Source of the DNA: a virus
Taxonomy: Duplodnaviria > Caudoviricetes
IMG/VR virus record: IMGVR_UViG_3300030108_000328
Coordinates: 1-54,828 of that record
DNA length: 54,828 bases
Reading direction: 5' to 3' (one strand)
Part shown: positions 8,923 through 18,031 of the stretch, piece by piece
Position numbering within the stretch: position 1 is the first letter of the stretch
Layout: every line of letters starts with the position of its first letter
Program-made: the position numbers and the translations under genes
The notes under the pieces: generated by a model
Told to the model about the DNA's origin: nothing
Databases searched by the model: none
Seen by the model: only the letters and a program-made list of their open reading frames with translations

Positions 8923-11241
8923 TTATTTCTTTTTGCCCTTTTTATTCATTAGTCCACCTTCATTTATAGCTGCCATGTCTACCTTTGATGGATCTCTAGA
9001 TCTTGCTTCTAGATTTTTTGCTGCTGCTCTTGCACCAGGTTTTTCTACAGTACGACCACGACCTCCTGCCACACCTTTACCAGTTTTTACCCCAGACCTA
9101 GAAGAACGCACTGCCTTTGCTTTAGCTGCTGCTGCTCTTGCACCAGGTTTTTCTACAGTACGACCACGCCCACCACTTACAGGTTTAGCAGGTGCAGCAG
9201 GTAAACCACCAACTGGAACTGATTCTCTACCAGTTGAACTTGTAGATATAACAGAGGTAATAGGCTCTGATTTTGATTTATTTTGCTCCACTATGGTGTT
9301 CTTTACTTCTTGTTTGTCTTTACCAAATAGACCAGAAACAAAGTCTGTAATGTTGTCTAGAACAGTTCCTTCATTCTCTGGTGGTTTAATACCTTTAGCT
9401 TCCATTGCAGCTATTATATCTTTTTCTTGTGCTCTTGTTGCACCCTGACCAAATAGAGCAATCATAGGATTAACAGCACCCAAAGCTGTTAGTGCTATGC
9501 GTGTCTTTCTGTTTTGATCAAAAGCTTCTAGTAACTGCTCTGGACTGTACGTAGTGTAGTCTATCTTTTCAGGTGTTGGAGGTTTACTACCACCACCTCC
9601 TTTACGTCCACTTCCTGTAGTTACTGTGGCTCCTGTAAGATCTGTAGTTATTGGAGTGTCTGTAGTTGTTGGAGTAGTTTCTCCTTGTCCTGCAGGTCCA
9701 GTCATAGGCATCTGCTTGGTGTAACCCATACCAAGATATTTTTGATATATTTCATTATCTCTAGGAAGATAAAAAGTTTTACTTCTACCATTTGTAGCGT
9801 AGTCAGGATGGTAAAGAACTGTAAAGGTTTGTCCTGTAGGAGCTTGAGTGGTTGTTGTTCCTGCTTGCTGTGGCTGACCCATAAAACTGTAACCAAGACC
9901 AAACTGAGCAGGGTTAAATTCATTCTCAACAAAAGGAGGGATATCATCATCTGGTTGTGTAACATCACCACTGTCTTGATATCCTTGTACCTGACCACCA
10001 CTAGCCATGCTCTGCATAGGCATTTGGTTTTCAACAGGATTAACGTTGGTTATAGTTGTGTTTCTTTTCTCATCTATAGGTGCAGGTCTAGGTTGGCTGT
10101 ACAGTTGCTGTTGCTGTAAGTAAGGGTTTTGTACTTCACCACCTTCAGCCATACCCATCACTTCTCTGATAGCAGCCATCTCTTGCTCAGATAGTTCCTT
10201 GTCATTTACAGGACCACCATCAGGCACAGGCTCCCCACCTATACGTCCATTGGCTTCCATCTCAGCTAGACCCATCTTAGCTTGATCTCTTAGATCTTCA
10301 AAGAACTTGACACCGTAGTATCTGACAACATCAGCAGGAACGACATACTCACCCTCAGAGAGTTGTGCAGGAATATCATCTCGAACTTCTTCTGCGAGAG
10401 AACCAGGTGGTACTTCGTTTCCTGATACTGGATCTACGTCCAGATCATCATCTATTATTCCACCCTCTTGCATAAATGCCATTTCCATTTGATCATTCAT
10501 TACTGCACCGCCTTTAAACATTTTTTTTGGTATATTTATGTTTACTTCTCTACTAGGAGTATCTAAAAGATTAGCTAAGTATTCTCCTGCTAACTCAGGA
10601 GAGTACCTTATGTGTCTTAAAATACCTTTTAAATCTGTAGGTAAGTCTCTTTGTACTTTGTTAAAATCATACTCATCAGTTATTCGTAATCCACTGGGAT
10701 TCTTTTCTACATCAAATCTACCTAAACTAGTCGCAACTCTATACTGTGGATCAGTAAATGTTCTAATTAAAGAATCTTTGTATGACTCATCAACTCTTGT
10801 GGTAACTCCTTTAGCATCTGGATCACGAAAGTATGGACTAACAGTTGTTACGTTTTCTGGTTGATTTTTAAATTTTCTATTTCGTACATTTCTAAAATTT
10901 TCTTCTTGTTTTTCTGCTAGAAGAATCATTTCTATTAATTCATCATTAGTGAAATTTTTTTCAGTTATATCAGAATCTTTACCTAAAACATTTTCTATTA
11001 ACAGTCTCGCATTAGTAGGTATTTTATTGTACAAATTTTTAAAAGAAAAAGACTCATCGTTTAATTTGTATTCAGCCCTTACACGATCTCTTTCTTCTTC
11101 TTTTATGTCATCTAATGACACAGTTCTAAGACCTGTCTTAGGTTTTTTGTCTTCCCCTACAAACTTGTCAGCCTCCTGCTGTGCTCCTTCAGCAGTAAAA
11201 CCAAACATCTCCATTTGATCACTGGTCTGGTTTAGGTCCAT
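8923..11241 (-). CDS. Mosaic head-associated protein with multiple xxxGG motifs
   Basis: 772 aa between portal and scaffold; core DDIPAQLSEGEYVVPADVV; low-complexity C-terminus. Confidence 0.7.
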   Translation of the reverse strand: MDLNQTSDQMEMFGFTAEGAQQEADKFVGEDKKPKTGLRTVSLDDIKEEERDRVRAEYKLNDESFSFKNLYNKIPTNARLLIENVLGKDSDITEKNFTNDELIEMILLAEKQEENFRNVRNRKFKNQPENVTTVSPYFRDPDAKGVTTRVDESYKDSLIRTFTDPQYRVATSLGRFDVEKNPSGLRITDEYDFNKVQRDLPTDLKGILRHIRYSPELAGEYLANLLDTPSREVNINIPKKMFKGGAVMNDQMEMAFMQEGGIIDDDLDVDPVSGNEVPPGSLAEEVRDDIPAQLSEGEYVVPADVVRYYGVKFFEDLRDQAKMGLAEMEANGRIGGEPVPDGGPVNDKELSEQEMAAIREVMGMAEGGEVQNPYLQQQQLYSQPRPAPIDEKRNTTITNVNPVENQMPMQSMASGGQVQGYQDSGDVTQPDDDIPPFVENEFNPAQFGLGYSFMGQPQQAGTTTTQAPTGQTFTVLYHPDYATNGRSKTFYLPRDNEIYQKYLGMGYTKQMPMTGPAGQGETTPTTTDTPITTDLTGATVTTGSGRKGGGGSKPPTPEKIDYTTYSPEQLLEAFDQNRKTRIALTALGAVNPMIALFGQGATRAQEKDIIAAMEAKGIKPPENEGTVLDNITDFVSGLFGKDKQEVKNTIVEQNKSKSEPITSVISTSSTGRESVPVGGLPAAPAKPVSGGRGRTVEKPGARAAAAKAKAVRSSRSGVKTGKGVAGGRGRTVEKPGARAAAKNLEARSRDPSKVDMAAINEGGLMNKKGKKK
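9020..9168. repeat. 41-bp perfect direct repeat (9020-9060, 9128-9168) encoding RGRTVEKPGARAAA twice
   Basis: Direct sequence identity. Confidence 0.9.
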
Positions 11242-11422
11242 TCACTTCATCCCTTAAAAACTTTAGCCTACGGAGTGCTTTTGCTTCACCCTGCAGTCTA
11301 AACAAGTCTTCCTGTTTTATAGTTTGTTCCATTTGAATATGGACGTGGTTGAGTCTTCGATCCAGTTCATCGTTAAACGAGTTCCAGATCTCCATGTTAT
11401 TTACCAGTAGTTTTAATTTCAT
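11219..11422 (-). CDS. Small portal-adjacent hypothetical protein
   Basis: 67 aa helical, LFRLQG motif, directly after portal. Confidence 0.7.
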   Translation of the reverse strand: MKLKLLVNNMEIWNSFNDELDRRLNHVHIQMEQTIKQEDLFRLQGEAKALRRLKFLRDEVNGPKPDQ

Positions 11423-11431
11423 AAGTGTTCG

Positions 11432-13567
11432 TTATCCTGTGTTACCAGTGAACCCTTGTTCTCCTGGTAGTGGTGCTGTGCCTGTACCGATTTGACCACC
11501 ACCTGATCCCTGAGTGTCTTGTACTTGAGCACCTGCAGGAGGTTGTTCTCCCTGTTGAGGAGCACCCTGTTGCTGCTGTGGAGCGTTAGGGTCTACCTGT
11601 GGTGGTGGATTATCTGCTTGGAATTTCTTGAGAATCTCAGCCTGTATAGCTGCGTCACCCATAGAGTTTGTAAGTTTGTCAGGATCAAGATCCATAGACT
11701 TAGCAATCTCTCTGATAATATAATCCATTTTTGCAAAAGGTGCAAGCACTGGATTCTGTACAACACCAAGAAACTGCATAAGTCTCTGACTACGAACCTC
11801 GTTAGCCATCAAGCTTTCTGTTCCTTCAGCCTTTACAGACAAATCACCTTTTACACCATCATCATAATCAAACTGCATGTTAAAGTGAAAGAAAGCTCTA
11901 CCTAGTGGTGCTAACAGATAATCATCTATGTTCTTTACAACGTTTCTTATGCTACCGTTGGCAGCAGACATGAGCATAGAAATACCAGAGGCAGTACGCC
12001 CTACACCCTGTATGCCTGTCTGACCATGAGCAAAGGATGGAAAGCCTGTTGACTCATCTGCTAACACTCTTGCTTTGTCGAACATCTGCATGTTCTCGTT
12101 AGATACATTCGGGAACTTGGTACCAAAGATAGCTTGACCAGGTGCCCCTCCTTGTCTCCTAAACACTTTGCCTGGATACACAGAGAGGTCTTGCCCTGGG
12201 ACGAGATTAGTCTCGTCTACCTCTATAAGTAGATTACCAGACAATGCTGCGTTATCTACTGACATTCTCATAAATCCGTTCATAAGATTTTGTGTATCAT
12301 CCATATTTTCTGCAATACCTACTCCAAAGAATGAGTAAGGGTTTACCTCAAAAGGCACTGCGTAATATGGTAAGATAGAAGGAGTAAATGGATTCATAAC
12401 AAGACGTAACACTTGTCCGTTACAAACCCAGATGTTTACGGAAACCTGATCTTGGTTTTCTAATTCTTTGGGGATCTCTATGTCGTATTCTTTTAAAAGC
12501 TCTGTGTCAACATATCCCCAAAACTCTAACACTGAGTATCTCTCAGCTTTTGTTTCTTGATCAGCCTCTTCCATGACTTGTTCCCACCACTCTTTAGAGT
12601 AGGACTCTCCCATGCTGATAGCTGTATCAATAGCGTTTGATCTGAAGAAAGGTCTTTTCTTTAACCCACGCATTTGAGATCTAGACATCTTGTGTCTCTC
12701 AACTACGTACTCTGCCTCATCCATGTTATTAGCGTCTGGGTCAGGATAAAAGTTCCAGATACTTACACTAGATGTTTGTGGTACAGTTTTAATTGTGGGT
12801 GTGTATTCACCATCTTCTGACCAAGAAGGGTATTCCTTATCGTAAGCAAATGGACCCTTCATAATACCTGTACCAAACAGAGCAGTTTCAAATGCTGCTA
12901 TACGTAACTGCTTTCTAGCATTTGACTCTTCTAGTTGGTCATGTATTTTCTTTTCCATCTTTTTAGCTGCAACCATGGCAGGATGGAAAGTAACTTTACT
13001 TGGAGTTACTCCTGGCCCATCTTCTATAAGATCTTGCACAGGCTCTAGTTTATTACGAAGTGCTCCAAGTCTTTCTCGTAAATCAATAATTGTCTCACCA
13101 GGCTGTAGTCTTGTTTCATCTTCTGGCAACGCACCGTCAGACTCTTGAGCTTTACGCATGTTGCTGTCAGTCTCAAAGTTTACAGACTCTGATATACCTT
13201 CTGGTAAAACAGTAGGGTTGATAGAGATAGGAAATTTGTTAGAACCAAAGAGCACATCTACAATCTGACCATAGGCTGCAAGAACCTTGGTCTTAGTTAC
13301 TTTTACAAATACTCTAGACTTTTCTGTAGATGTAAACTGCACGTCTGATCCGTACACACCACGATAGTTTTGATAGGCTCTGATCCATCGTAGTTCGTCA
13401 GTGTATCTAGCTTTCTCAGCCTTGTAGAATTTGCCCTCGACAAGACCTACTACTGTTCCTACCTTTTCATCTCTACTACTATCAGCATCTTCTTTATCTT
13501 CTACAAAAGAGGATTCCTCTTCATCCATGTAAAGTTCGTCTGATTCAAAGATATCATCTTCTTCCAT
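11432..13567 (-). CDS. Portal protein
   Basis: 711 aa after TerL; FGTGIMKG, NFYPDP, FFGVGIAE, RTASGISMLM motifs. Confidence 0.9.
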   Translation of the reverse strand: MEEDDIFESDELYMDEEESSFVEDKEDADSSRDEKVGTVVGLVEGKFYKAEKARYTDELRWIRAYQNYRGVYGSDVQFTSTEKSRVFVKVTKTKVLAAYGQIVDVLFGSNKFPISINPTVLPEGISESVNFETDSNMRKAQESDGALPEDETRLQPGETIIDLRERLGALRNKLEPVQDLIEDGPGVTPSKVTFHPAMVAAKKMEKKIHDQLEESNARKQLRIAAFETALFGTGIMKGPFAYDKEYPSWSEDGEYTPTIKTVPQTSSVSIWNFYPDPDANNMDEAEYVVERHKMSRSQMRGLKKRPFFRSNAIDTAISMGESYSKEWWEQVMEEADQETKAERYSVLEFWGYVDTELLKEYDIEIPKELENQDQVSVNIWVCNGQVLRLVMNPFTPSILPYYAVPFEVNPYSFFGVGIAENMDDTQNLMNGFMRMSVDNAALSGNLLIEVDETNLVPGQDLSVYPGKVFRRQGGAPGQAIFGTKFPNVSNENMQMFDKARVLADESTGFPSFAHGQTGIQGVGRTASGISMLMSAANGSIRNVVKNIDDYLLAPLGRAFFHFNMQFDYDDGVKGDLSVKAEGTESLMANEVRSQRLMQFLGVVQNPVLAPFAKMDYIIREIAKSMDLDPDKLTNSMGDAAIQAEILKKFQADNPPPQVDPNAPQQQQGAPQQGEQPPAGAQVQDTQGSGGGQIGTGTAPLPGEQGFTGNTG

Positions 13568-13577
13568 TAGTTAATCC

Positions 13578-15056
13578 TTAATATCCAAATGTGGGATCTG
13601 ATGCTTGAAACCCTGTTCGTTGAGAGTCTGGGTTGAAATCAAATAAGTTGCTTCTGGGTCTAGTCATCACACCGTATCGCAAAGCATCGTACAGGTGATC
13701 TTCTGAGTTGGTGTCCACGTCTTCAGGGTTCTTTTTATCTAAAGGTATGGACGGTAATTGAGAGACAAGATTTGTGCAGTTATTAAATATAACAAGCCTG
13801 GGTTCCTCTGTAAACTCATCTACTTGTAGTCTTCTGTGTAGTTCGTTTTTACCTGCTACTCGTGAGCCTCTTGATCTATCTGCAGGACGCCATCTACATC
13901 CTTTCATGATCATCTGCTCTGCTAGGCTAGGACCAGTGTCACCTCTTTTGTGCCAGAGTGAAGAGTCTAAGACACCGTACCTTATTTTTTCTCCTTCTTC
14001 CAATTCCAGGATCATGTCAGCCAAGTCAGTCGCTATGATCTTAGAAACATATAACTCCCTGTAGACAATTAGCTGTTCAGACCCTGGAACTATTGCTATC
14101 CATACAACGCCTGTGTGAGATCCGTATCCGTAGTCACAGGCTCTAAAACGAGTCCAGTTTGAAGGTATATCGTAGGGGTCAACTACGTGTATCTTTCTGT
14201 TGAACTCTGGAAATGCTGAACCCTCGTTTATATCCCAGTCACCTTCTAGTAGTTGTCTCCTCTGGTGTTCAGGAAGAGATAGAAGGTTTGCTTCGTACAT
14301 CCCATCCTCAGATAAGTAGGGATTGTCAAACAGGGTAGCAGGTATAAACTTTCTTTTGAATAGAGGTTCACCCTCTCTTGAGTGACCTTTAGGCCATTGA
14401 ATTATATCACCGTTTTCGTCAGTTGCCCAGAAAGCACTTCCTGGAGGACTGGGTTCTATAAAGTGTTTTCGTACCCACTGGTGTCCTGGCCCCCCAGGGT
14501 TGCTAGTAGCTCTCATATAGAGTGGTAATCCACTTGCTTTTGTAGCACGTAACCTTGATCTCATGTAGGACCAAGCGTAACTGGAGGGCCATTGCGTTAA
14601 CTCATCAAAGCCTATCCAGTTAAAGGCTTGACCTTGATACCTCATAACGTCATCGTCACGATCAAGATATGACATCCAGAGTGTTGCACCGTTAGGTGCC
14701 ACCCAAGTCTTATCTCTTTCCATGAACTTTATTCCTGGAACAGCCTTTGGGTAAAGCTGTTTACTTACAGATATAAGTTCTCGTAACTCTTCTGTACTCC
14801 TACGAACAAGTAACATTCGTGCATGTGGATTCGTAAAATATCTAACTGGATCAGCCACCATCGAATACGACTTGCCACCACCTGCTGCTCCTCCGTATAA
14901 CACCTCTTGTTCTGTTGAAGCTAGAAACTTAGTTTGTGGACCTGGATTAGGCTCAAATATTACCTCTTGTTTGTCCACAGAAAGGGCATCGTTCTCCAGG
15001 TTCGAGTGAGATGTAGTCTTCGTCTTCGCTAAGATCTCTGGTGTTTCTACCACCAA
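13578..15056 (-). CDS. terL: Terminase large subunit (start uncertain; frame open to 15164)
   Basis: Walker A GGAAGGGKS, Walker B IGFDE, ATSNPGG coupling motif, nuclease DYG and DHLYDALRY. Confidence 0.95.
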   Translation of the reverse strand: MVVETPEILAKTKTTSHSNLENDALSVDKQEVIFEPNPGPQTKFLASTEQEVLYGGAAGGGKSYSMVADPVRYFTNPHARMLLVRRSTEELRELISVSKQLYPKAVPGIKFMERDKTWVAPNGATLWMSYLDRDDDVMRYQGQAFNWIGFDELTQWPSSYAWSYMRSRLRATKASGLPLYMRATSNPGGPGHQWVRKHFIEPSPPGSAFWATDENGDIIQWPKGHSREGEPLFKRKFIPATLFDNPYLSEDGMYEANLLSLPEHQRRQLLEGDWDINEGSAFPEFNRKIHVVDPYDIPSNWTRFRACDYGYGSHTGVVWIAIVPGSEQLIVYRELYVSKIIATDLADMILELEEGEKIRYGVLDSSLWHKRGDTGPSLAEQMIMKGCRWRPADRSRGSRVAGKNELHRRLQVDEFTEEPRLVIFNNCTNLVSQLPSIPLDKKNPEDVDTNSEDHLYDALRYGVMTRPRSNLFDFNPDSQRTGFQASDPTFGY

Positions 15057-15450
15057 TTCTTTTCTCTTCGATTTTCTGGCTCTTCCTTGCCGCTTCTTTG
15101 TATTTTTTGGCATACTGCTTGTAGTTCGAGGAAGCTCTACGCCTTTTTTCTTCCATTCTGACACGTTTGTATAACCCTACATGTGATATTTCTCTACCAG
15201 ATTGTTTAGATAACCAGACTGCTACTTTCCTGGTACTGTATTCTTGAAGAAATAGTTTAGCTTTTTCTAGTAACTCTAACTCTTCAGGGATAGGTAGCAG
15301 TAAGTCTGGATCTGTTTCATCCTGTTTGTAACCAAAGGGTACGTGTCTTCCTACTCTTATAACAGGATACCACTCTCCTAGTTCCCCTTGTAGTGGTATC
15401 TGCCAGTCAACTTTGGTTGGGTGGTCTGCTGTTGTAGCTCTTTTACTCAT
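14953..15450 (-). CDS. HTH/recombinase-domain-like DNA-binding protein overlapping terL
   Basis: VPFGY...YSTRKVAVWLS...ISHVGLYKR resembles a serine-recombinase DNA-binding domain. Confidence 0.65.
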   Translation of the reverse strand: MSKRATTADHPTKVDWQIPLQGELGEWYPVIRVGRHVPFGYKQDETDPDLLLPIPEELELLEKAKLFLQEYSTRKVAVWLSKQSGREISHVGLYKRVRMEEKRRRASSNYKQYAKKYKEAARKSQKIEEKRIGGRNTRDLSEDEDYISLEPGERCPFCGQTRGNI

Positions 15451-15805
15451 TATCTTTCGCAGGTAAAATAAATAAAGGCTCTGATGTCTTTACTTCTACC
15501 TTGTCTGTTTTAGTAAATCCTGCACGATCTAGAATGTCTTTAGCTGCTAACATCTTTTCTTTTACACCTAGATCAGTAGGATCTTTCATAACAGAAAACA
15601 TTGTGTAGGCTGCTTTGGTTGAAGACTGTGCTATAAACTTTTTTGTAACGTCTGCTATTTCATCTGTCAGACTGTTGACAACAGAAGTAGAGGCTACACT
15701 GTCAGCGTATCCTGCTAGTTTCTTAGCCTGTACAGGATCTCCTTGTGCCTCTTCAAACAGCACGTCTAAGAACTTCTGTTGTTTTTCTGTTAAGTTTCTT
15801 GCCAT
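15443..15805 (-). CDS. Putative terminase small subunit
   Basis: LTEKQQKFL...AKKLAGY HTH, AAKDILDRAG; start MARNL coupled by TAATG overlap. Confidence 0.7.
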   Translation of the reverse strand: MARNLTEKQQKFLDVLFEEAQGDPVQAKKLAGYADSVASTSVVNSLTDEIADVTKKFIAQSSTKAAYTMFSVMKDPTDLGVKEKMLAAKDILDRAGFTKTDKVEVKTSEPLFILPAKDNE

Positions 15806-16260
15806 TATGCCACCATGTAAAGTATAAATCCTAGAGTACCCACACCAACTAAAAGAATAACACCTGATATACCCCAAGTAATTATTGCTTCAATCATTTC
15901 TGCTTTTCGGTACTCTTGCTCTTTCTTTTGTTTACGTATTCTACCTTCAGTTGCCACCAGTTCATCCCAAACGGATGGTCCATACGTAAAACTAATCCAG
16001 TCTTTTAGCTCCTGACGCATAGCCTCTGCTTTCTTTTTAGCAGTAAATATCTCTAAAGCTTCTGCTTCAACAGAACCTCCCATAGCTTTCCACCAAGGGG
16101 GGTTCTTATTTTTCTGCTCTAGGTAGGCTAGATCGCTCATGCTACTAGCCCACTGATTTAGTTGACCACCCATCTCCTGAAGATCTTTTCCAAACTGGAA
16201 ACCTTTCTTCAGCGCATTGAACGCTACGGTGGCTCCACCGATTATTGTAACTGGGTCCAC
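15805..16260 (-). CDS. Membrane-anchored hypothetical protein
   Basis: 151 aa, GTG start with GGGAGGAGG SD, C-terminal TM helix. Confidence 0.75.
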   Translation of the reverse strand: MDPVTIIGGATVAFNALKKGFQFGKDLQEMGGQLNQWASSMSDLAYLEQKNKNPPWWKAMGGSVEAEALEIFTAKKKAEAMRQELKDWISFTYGPSVWDELVATEGRIRKQKKEQEYRKAEMIEAIITWGISGVILLVGVGTLGFILYMVA

Positions 16261-16311
16261 GAGCCTCCTCCCAAAGTACTCCTAGTATCATCAAAGAAGT
16301 GATTGTGCTTT

Positions 16312-16476
16312 TCAAAGGGCTTTACCTTTTAGTAGAACCCTTTCTATATCATGCCTACCAATACCTAAGTCTCGTAGTTCCCTGTCGGTCATTTGGTAAA
16401 GTTGCATACGTGCAATCTTACGTCTAGCTGACTCTGTTCTTGCTTCTATTATTTTGTTGAGTAATCTTTTAAACAT
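16312..16476 (-). CDS. DUF1127 (YjiS/CcaF1-like) small Arg-rich protein, not in ORF track
   Basis: 54 aa MFKRLL...QLYQMTDRELRDLGIGRHDI matches the LxxLxDxxLxDIGxxRxDI signature; GAGGA SD. Confidence 0.85.
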   Translation of the reverse strand: MFKRLLNKIIEARTESARRKIARMQLYQMTDRELRDLGIGRHDIERVLLKGKAL

Positions 16477-16516
16477 TATCTATCCTCTATTTGTGTTAGC
16501 CCTAACTGGGTGAGGA

Positions 16517-16561
16517 TAGTTATATTCAAGTAGTTATATCATAGTAGTGACAAATATGCAA
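16517..16561 (-). promoter_or_regulatory. Putative promoter for DUF1127 gene
   Basis: TTGCAT-N17-TATAAC plus a second tandem TATAACTA. Confidence 0.45.
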
Positions 16562-16566
16562 CTCCG

Positions 16567-16818
16567 TTATGATTTACCTGTTGCCTTCTTGACTACCTTT
16601 GTAGTCCAAGCTTCATTGACATCAGGAGTAGAGGGATCATCACCTTTTAACGTTCCATCTTCATTTCTAGCACGAACTTTTTTAGTTTCTGTTTTAGGTT
16701 TGTCTTGTTCCTGAATAAACTCTAAAACAGCAGGGTCTTTAGAGTGCCACTCTCCATGTACATATTCTGCTAAAACAGCACCATATTGATCTATTACTTT
16801 ATCATTTTCTATTTTCAT
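16567..16818 (-). CDS. Hypothetical protein
   Basis: 83 aa, RARNEDG...DDPSTPDVNEAW; coupled to upstream gene. Confidence 0.75.
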   Translation of the reverse strand: MKIENDKVIDQYGAVLAEYVHGEWHSKDPAVLEFIQEQDKPKTETKKVRARNEDGTLKGDDPSTPDVNEAWTTKVVKKATGKS

Positions 16819-17300
16819 CTTTTAACTTTCTTTCTTTTAGCTACGCCACCCTTAGATTGACCTGCAGCAGCAGCACCTGGGTTTGCAATAAATAGTAAAA
16901 CTTTTTTAGGTTTTTTATTTTTAATAGGATATTTTTTGTAATAATCTTTAACTCTTTTTTTAGCTTCTGCTTTTGTCAAAGCACCTTCAACAATTCTTTT
17001 AATTTCTCTTGTTGATAGTTCTTTGTTTGCTCTTTTTACTTCTGCAATTTCTTCAGGGTTTAAAACACTTTTTACAGAGCCTGGACGTACTCTAGGTTTA
17101 ATAGGTTTGATTGGCTTTTTAAGATCTTCTGCGTACACAGCAGCCATTACGTTACCATTTTTATCTGTGTAGTAAAGTGACCCTGCTTTCTTTGCTGCAG
17201 CAATACTTTTGTATTTACCTGCGTTCTTTTTAGCCTGGGTGAGAGTCAGACCTTTTGCTTTTAGTTTGCTGTTTAAATATTTACGCAGTGTTACAGCCAT
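16815..17300 (-). CDS. Lys-rich basic hypothetical protein
   Basis: 161 aa, GAGGT SD, C-terminal SKGG motif. Confidence 0.75.
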   Translation of the reverse strand: MAVTLRKYLNSKLKAKGLTLTQAKKNAGKYKSIAAAKKAGSLYYTDKNGNVMAAVYAEDLKKPIKPIKPRVRPGSVKSVLNPEEIAEVKRANKELSTREIKRIVEGALTKAEAKKRVKDYYKKYPIKNKKPKKVLLFIANPGAAAAGQSKGGVAKRKKVKR

Positions 17301-17302
17301 TG

Positions 17303-17737
17303 TTACTTACCTCTTCTGGACATACCACCATAAAACATTCCTGTTTTACGCATGTCATTCATCTTGCCACCCTTGGCGTAACCTTTTTTCTTAGGCATAC
17401 CACCCTTGTTTAGTTTTACGCCTCTGCCTTTTAATATATCTGCTTGGGTAACTTTACCGTCACCAGTCAAGTCTGGGAATTTTTTAGCCATACCGCCCTC
17501 ATTTGCTCTAAATTTTCTTGTTTTCTGTGCAATCTTTTTAGGTTGCTTAACAAACTGTTTGCCTTTTGCTTTGCCTTCTCTTTTAGCTTTTGTAGTTGCT
17601 GCATACTCAGCAGAAGACAAAGACTTTATGGCAGCTTCAGGCAAGTATCTTTCCCCAGTCTTAGCACTAGGCTTTCCACTCTTTGTACGCCACTTTTGTT
17701 TTGTCCAGTCTTTTAAACTTTTCTGAGGGGCTTTCAT
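17303..17737 (-). CDS. Basic protein, DUF5872-like C-terminal half plus GG motifs
   Basis: QKSLKDWTKQKWRTK...RYLP; four xxxGG motifs. Confidence 0.7.
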   Translation of the reverse strand: MKAPQKSLKDWTKQKWRTKSGKPSAKTGERYLPEAAIKSLSSAEYAATTKAKREGKAKGKQFVKQPKKIAQKTRKFRANEGGMAKKFPDLTGDGKVTQADILKGRGVKLNKGGMPKKKGYAKGGKMNDMRKTGMFYGGMSRRGK

Positions 17738-18027
17738 TATCTGTAACCCCCACCCTTAGCTTTGTATTGTTTTGCCAACATCTGTGCTTTTCTCGCAGAC
17801 CATTGTCCAGGTGAACCACCTTTTCCACCTGCTTTGATCCTGTTGAATAGGTTTTTACGCATAGTTGGTTTAGTGTAATTACCTGCTTTGTTGACTGTAC
17901 TACCACCACTAGACATCCCAACTGCTTTTTTTAAAGTCTTTGCTTGACCTGCATGAGTCTTCGAGGCTTTGCTTAAGCCTTTGATTACTTTCTTTACTTT
18001 ATTCTTATTTTGTTTAGATAAAGCCAT
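17737..18027 (-). CDS. Basic protein, DUF5872-like N-terminal half
   Basis: YTKP...GGKGGSPGQWSARKAQMLAKQYKAKGGGY. Confidence 0.7.
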   Translation of the reverse strand: MALSKQNKNKVKKVIKGLSKASKTHAGQAKTLKKAVGMSSGGSTVNKAGNYTKPTMRKNLFNRIKAGGKGGSPGQWSARKAQMLAKQYKAKGGGYR

Positions 18028-18031
18028 GACA

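Noticed and set aside
14953-15450. Integrase / lysogeny module
   Set aside because: Only a DNA-binding-like segment; no catalytic serine or tyrosine recombinase domain or repressor recognised
16261-16310. Cuckoo sRNA gene downstream of DUF1127
   Set aside because: CCTCCTCCC is on the opposite strand, single-copy and not in an evident hairpin; it serves as the SD of the next gene
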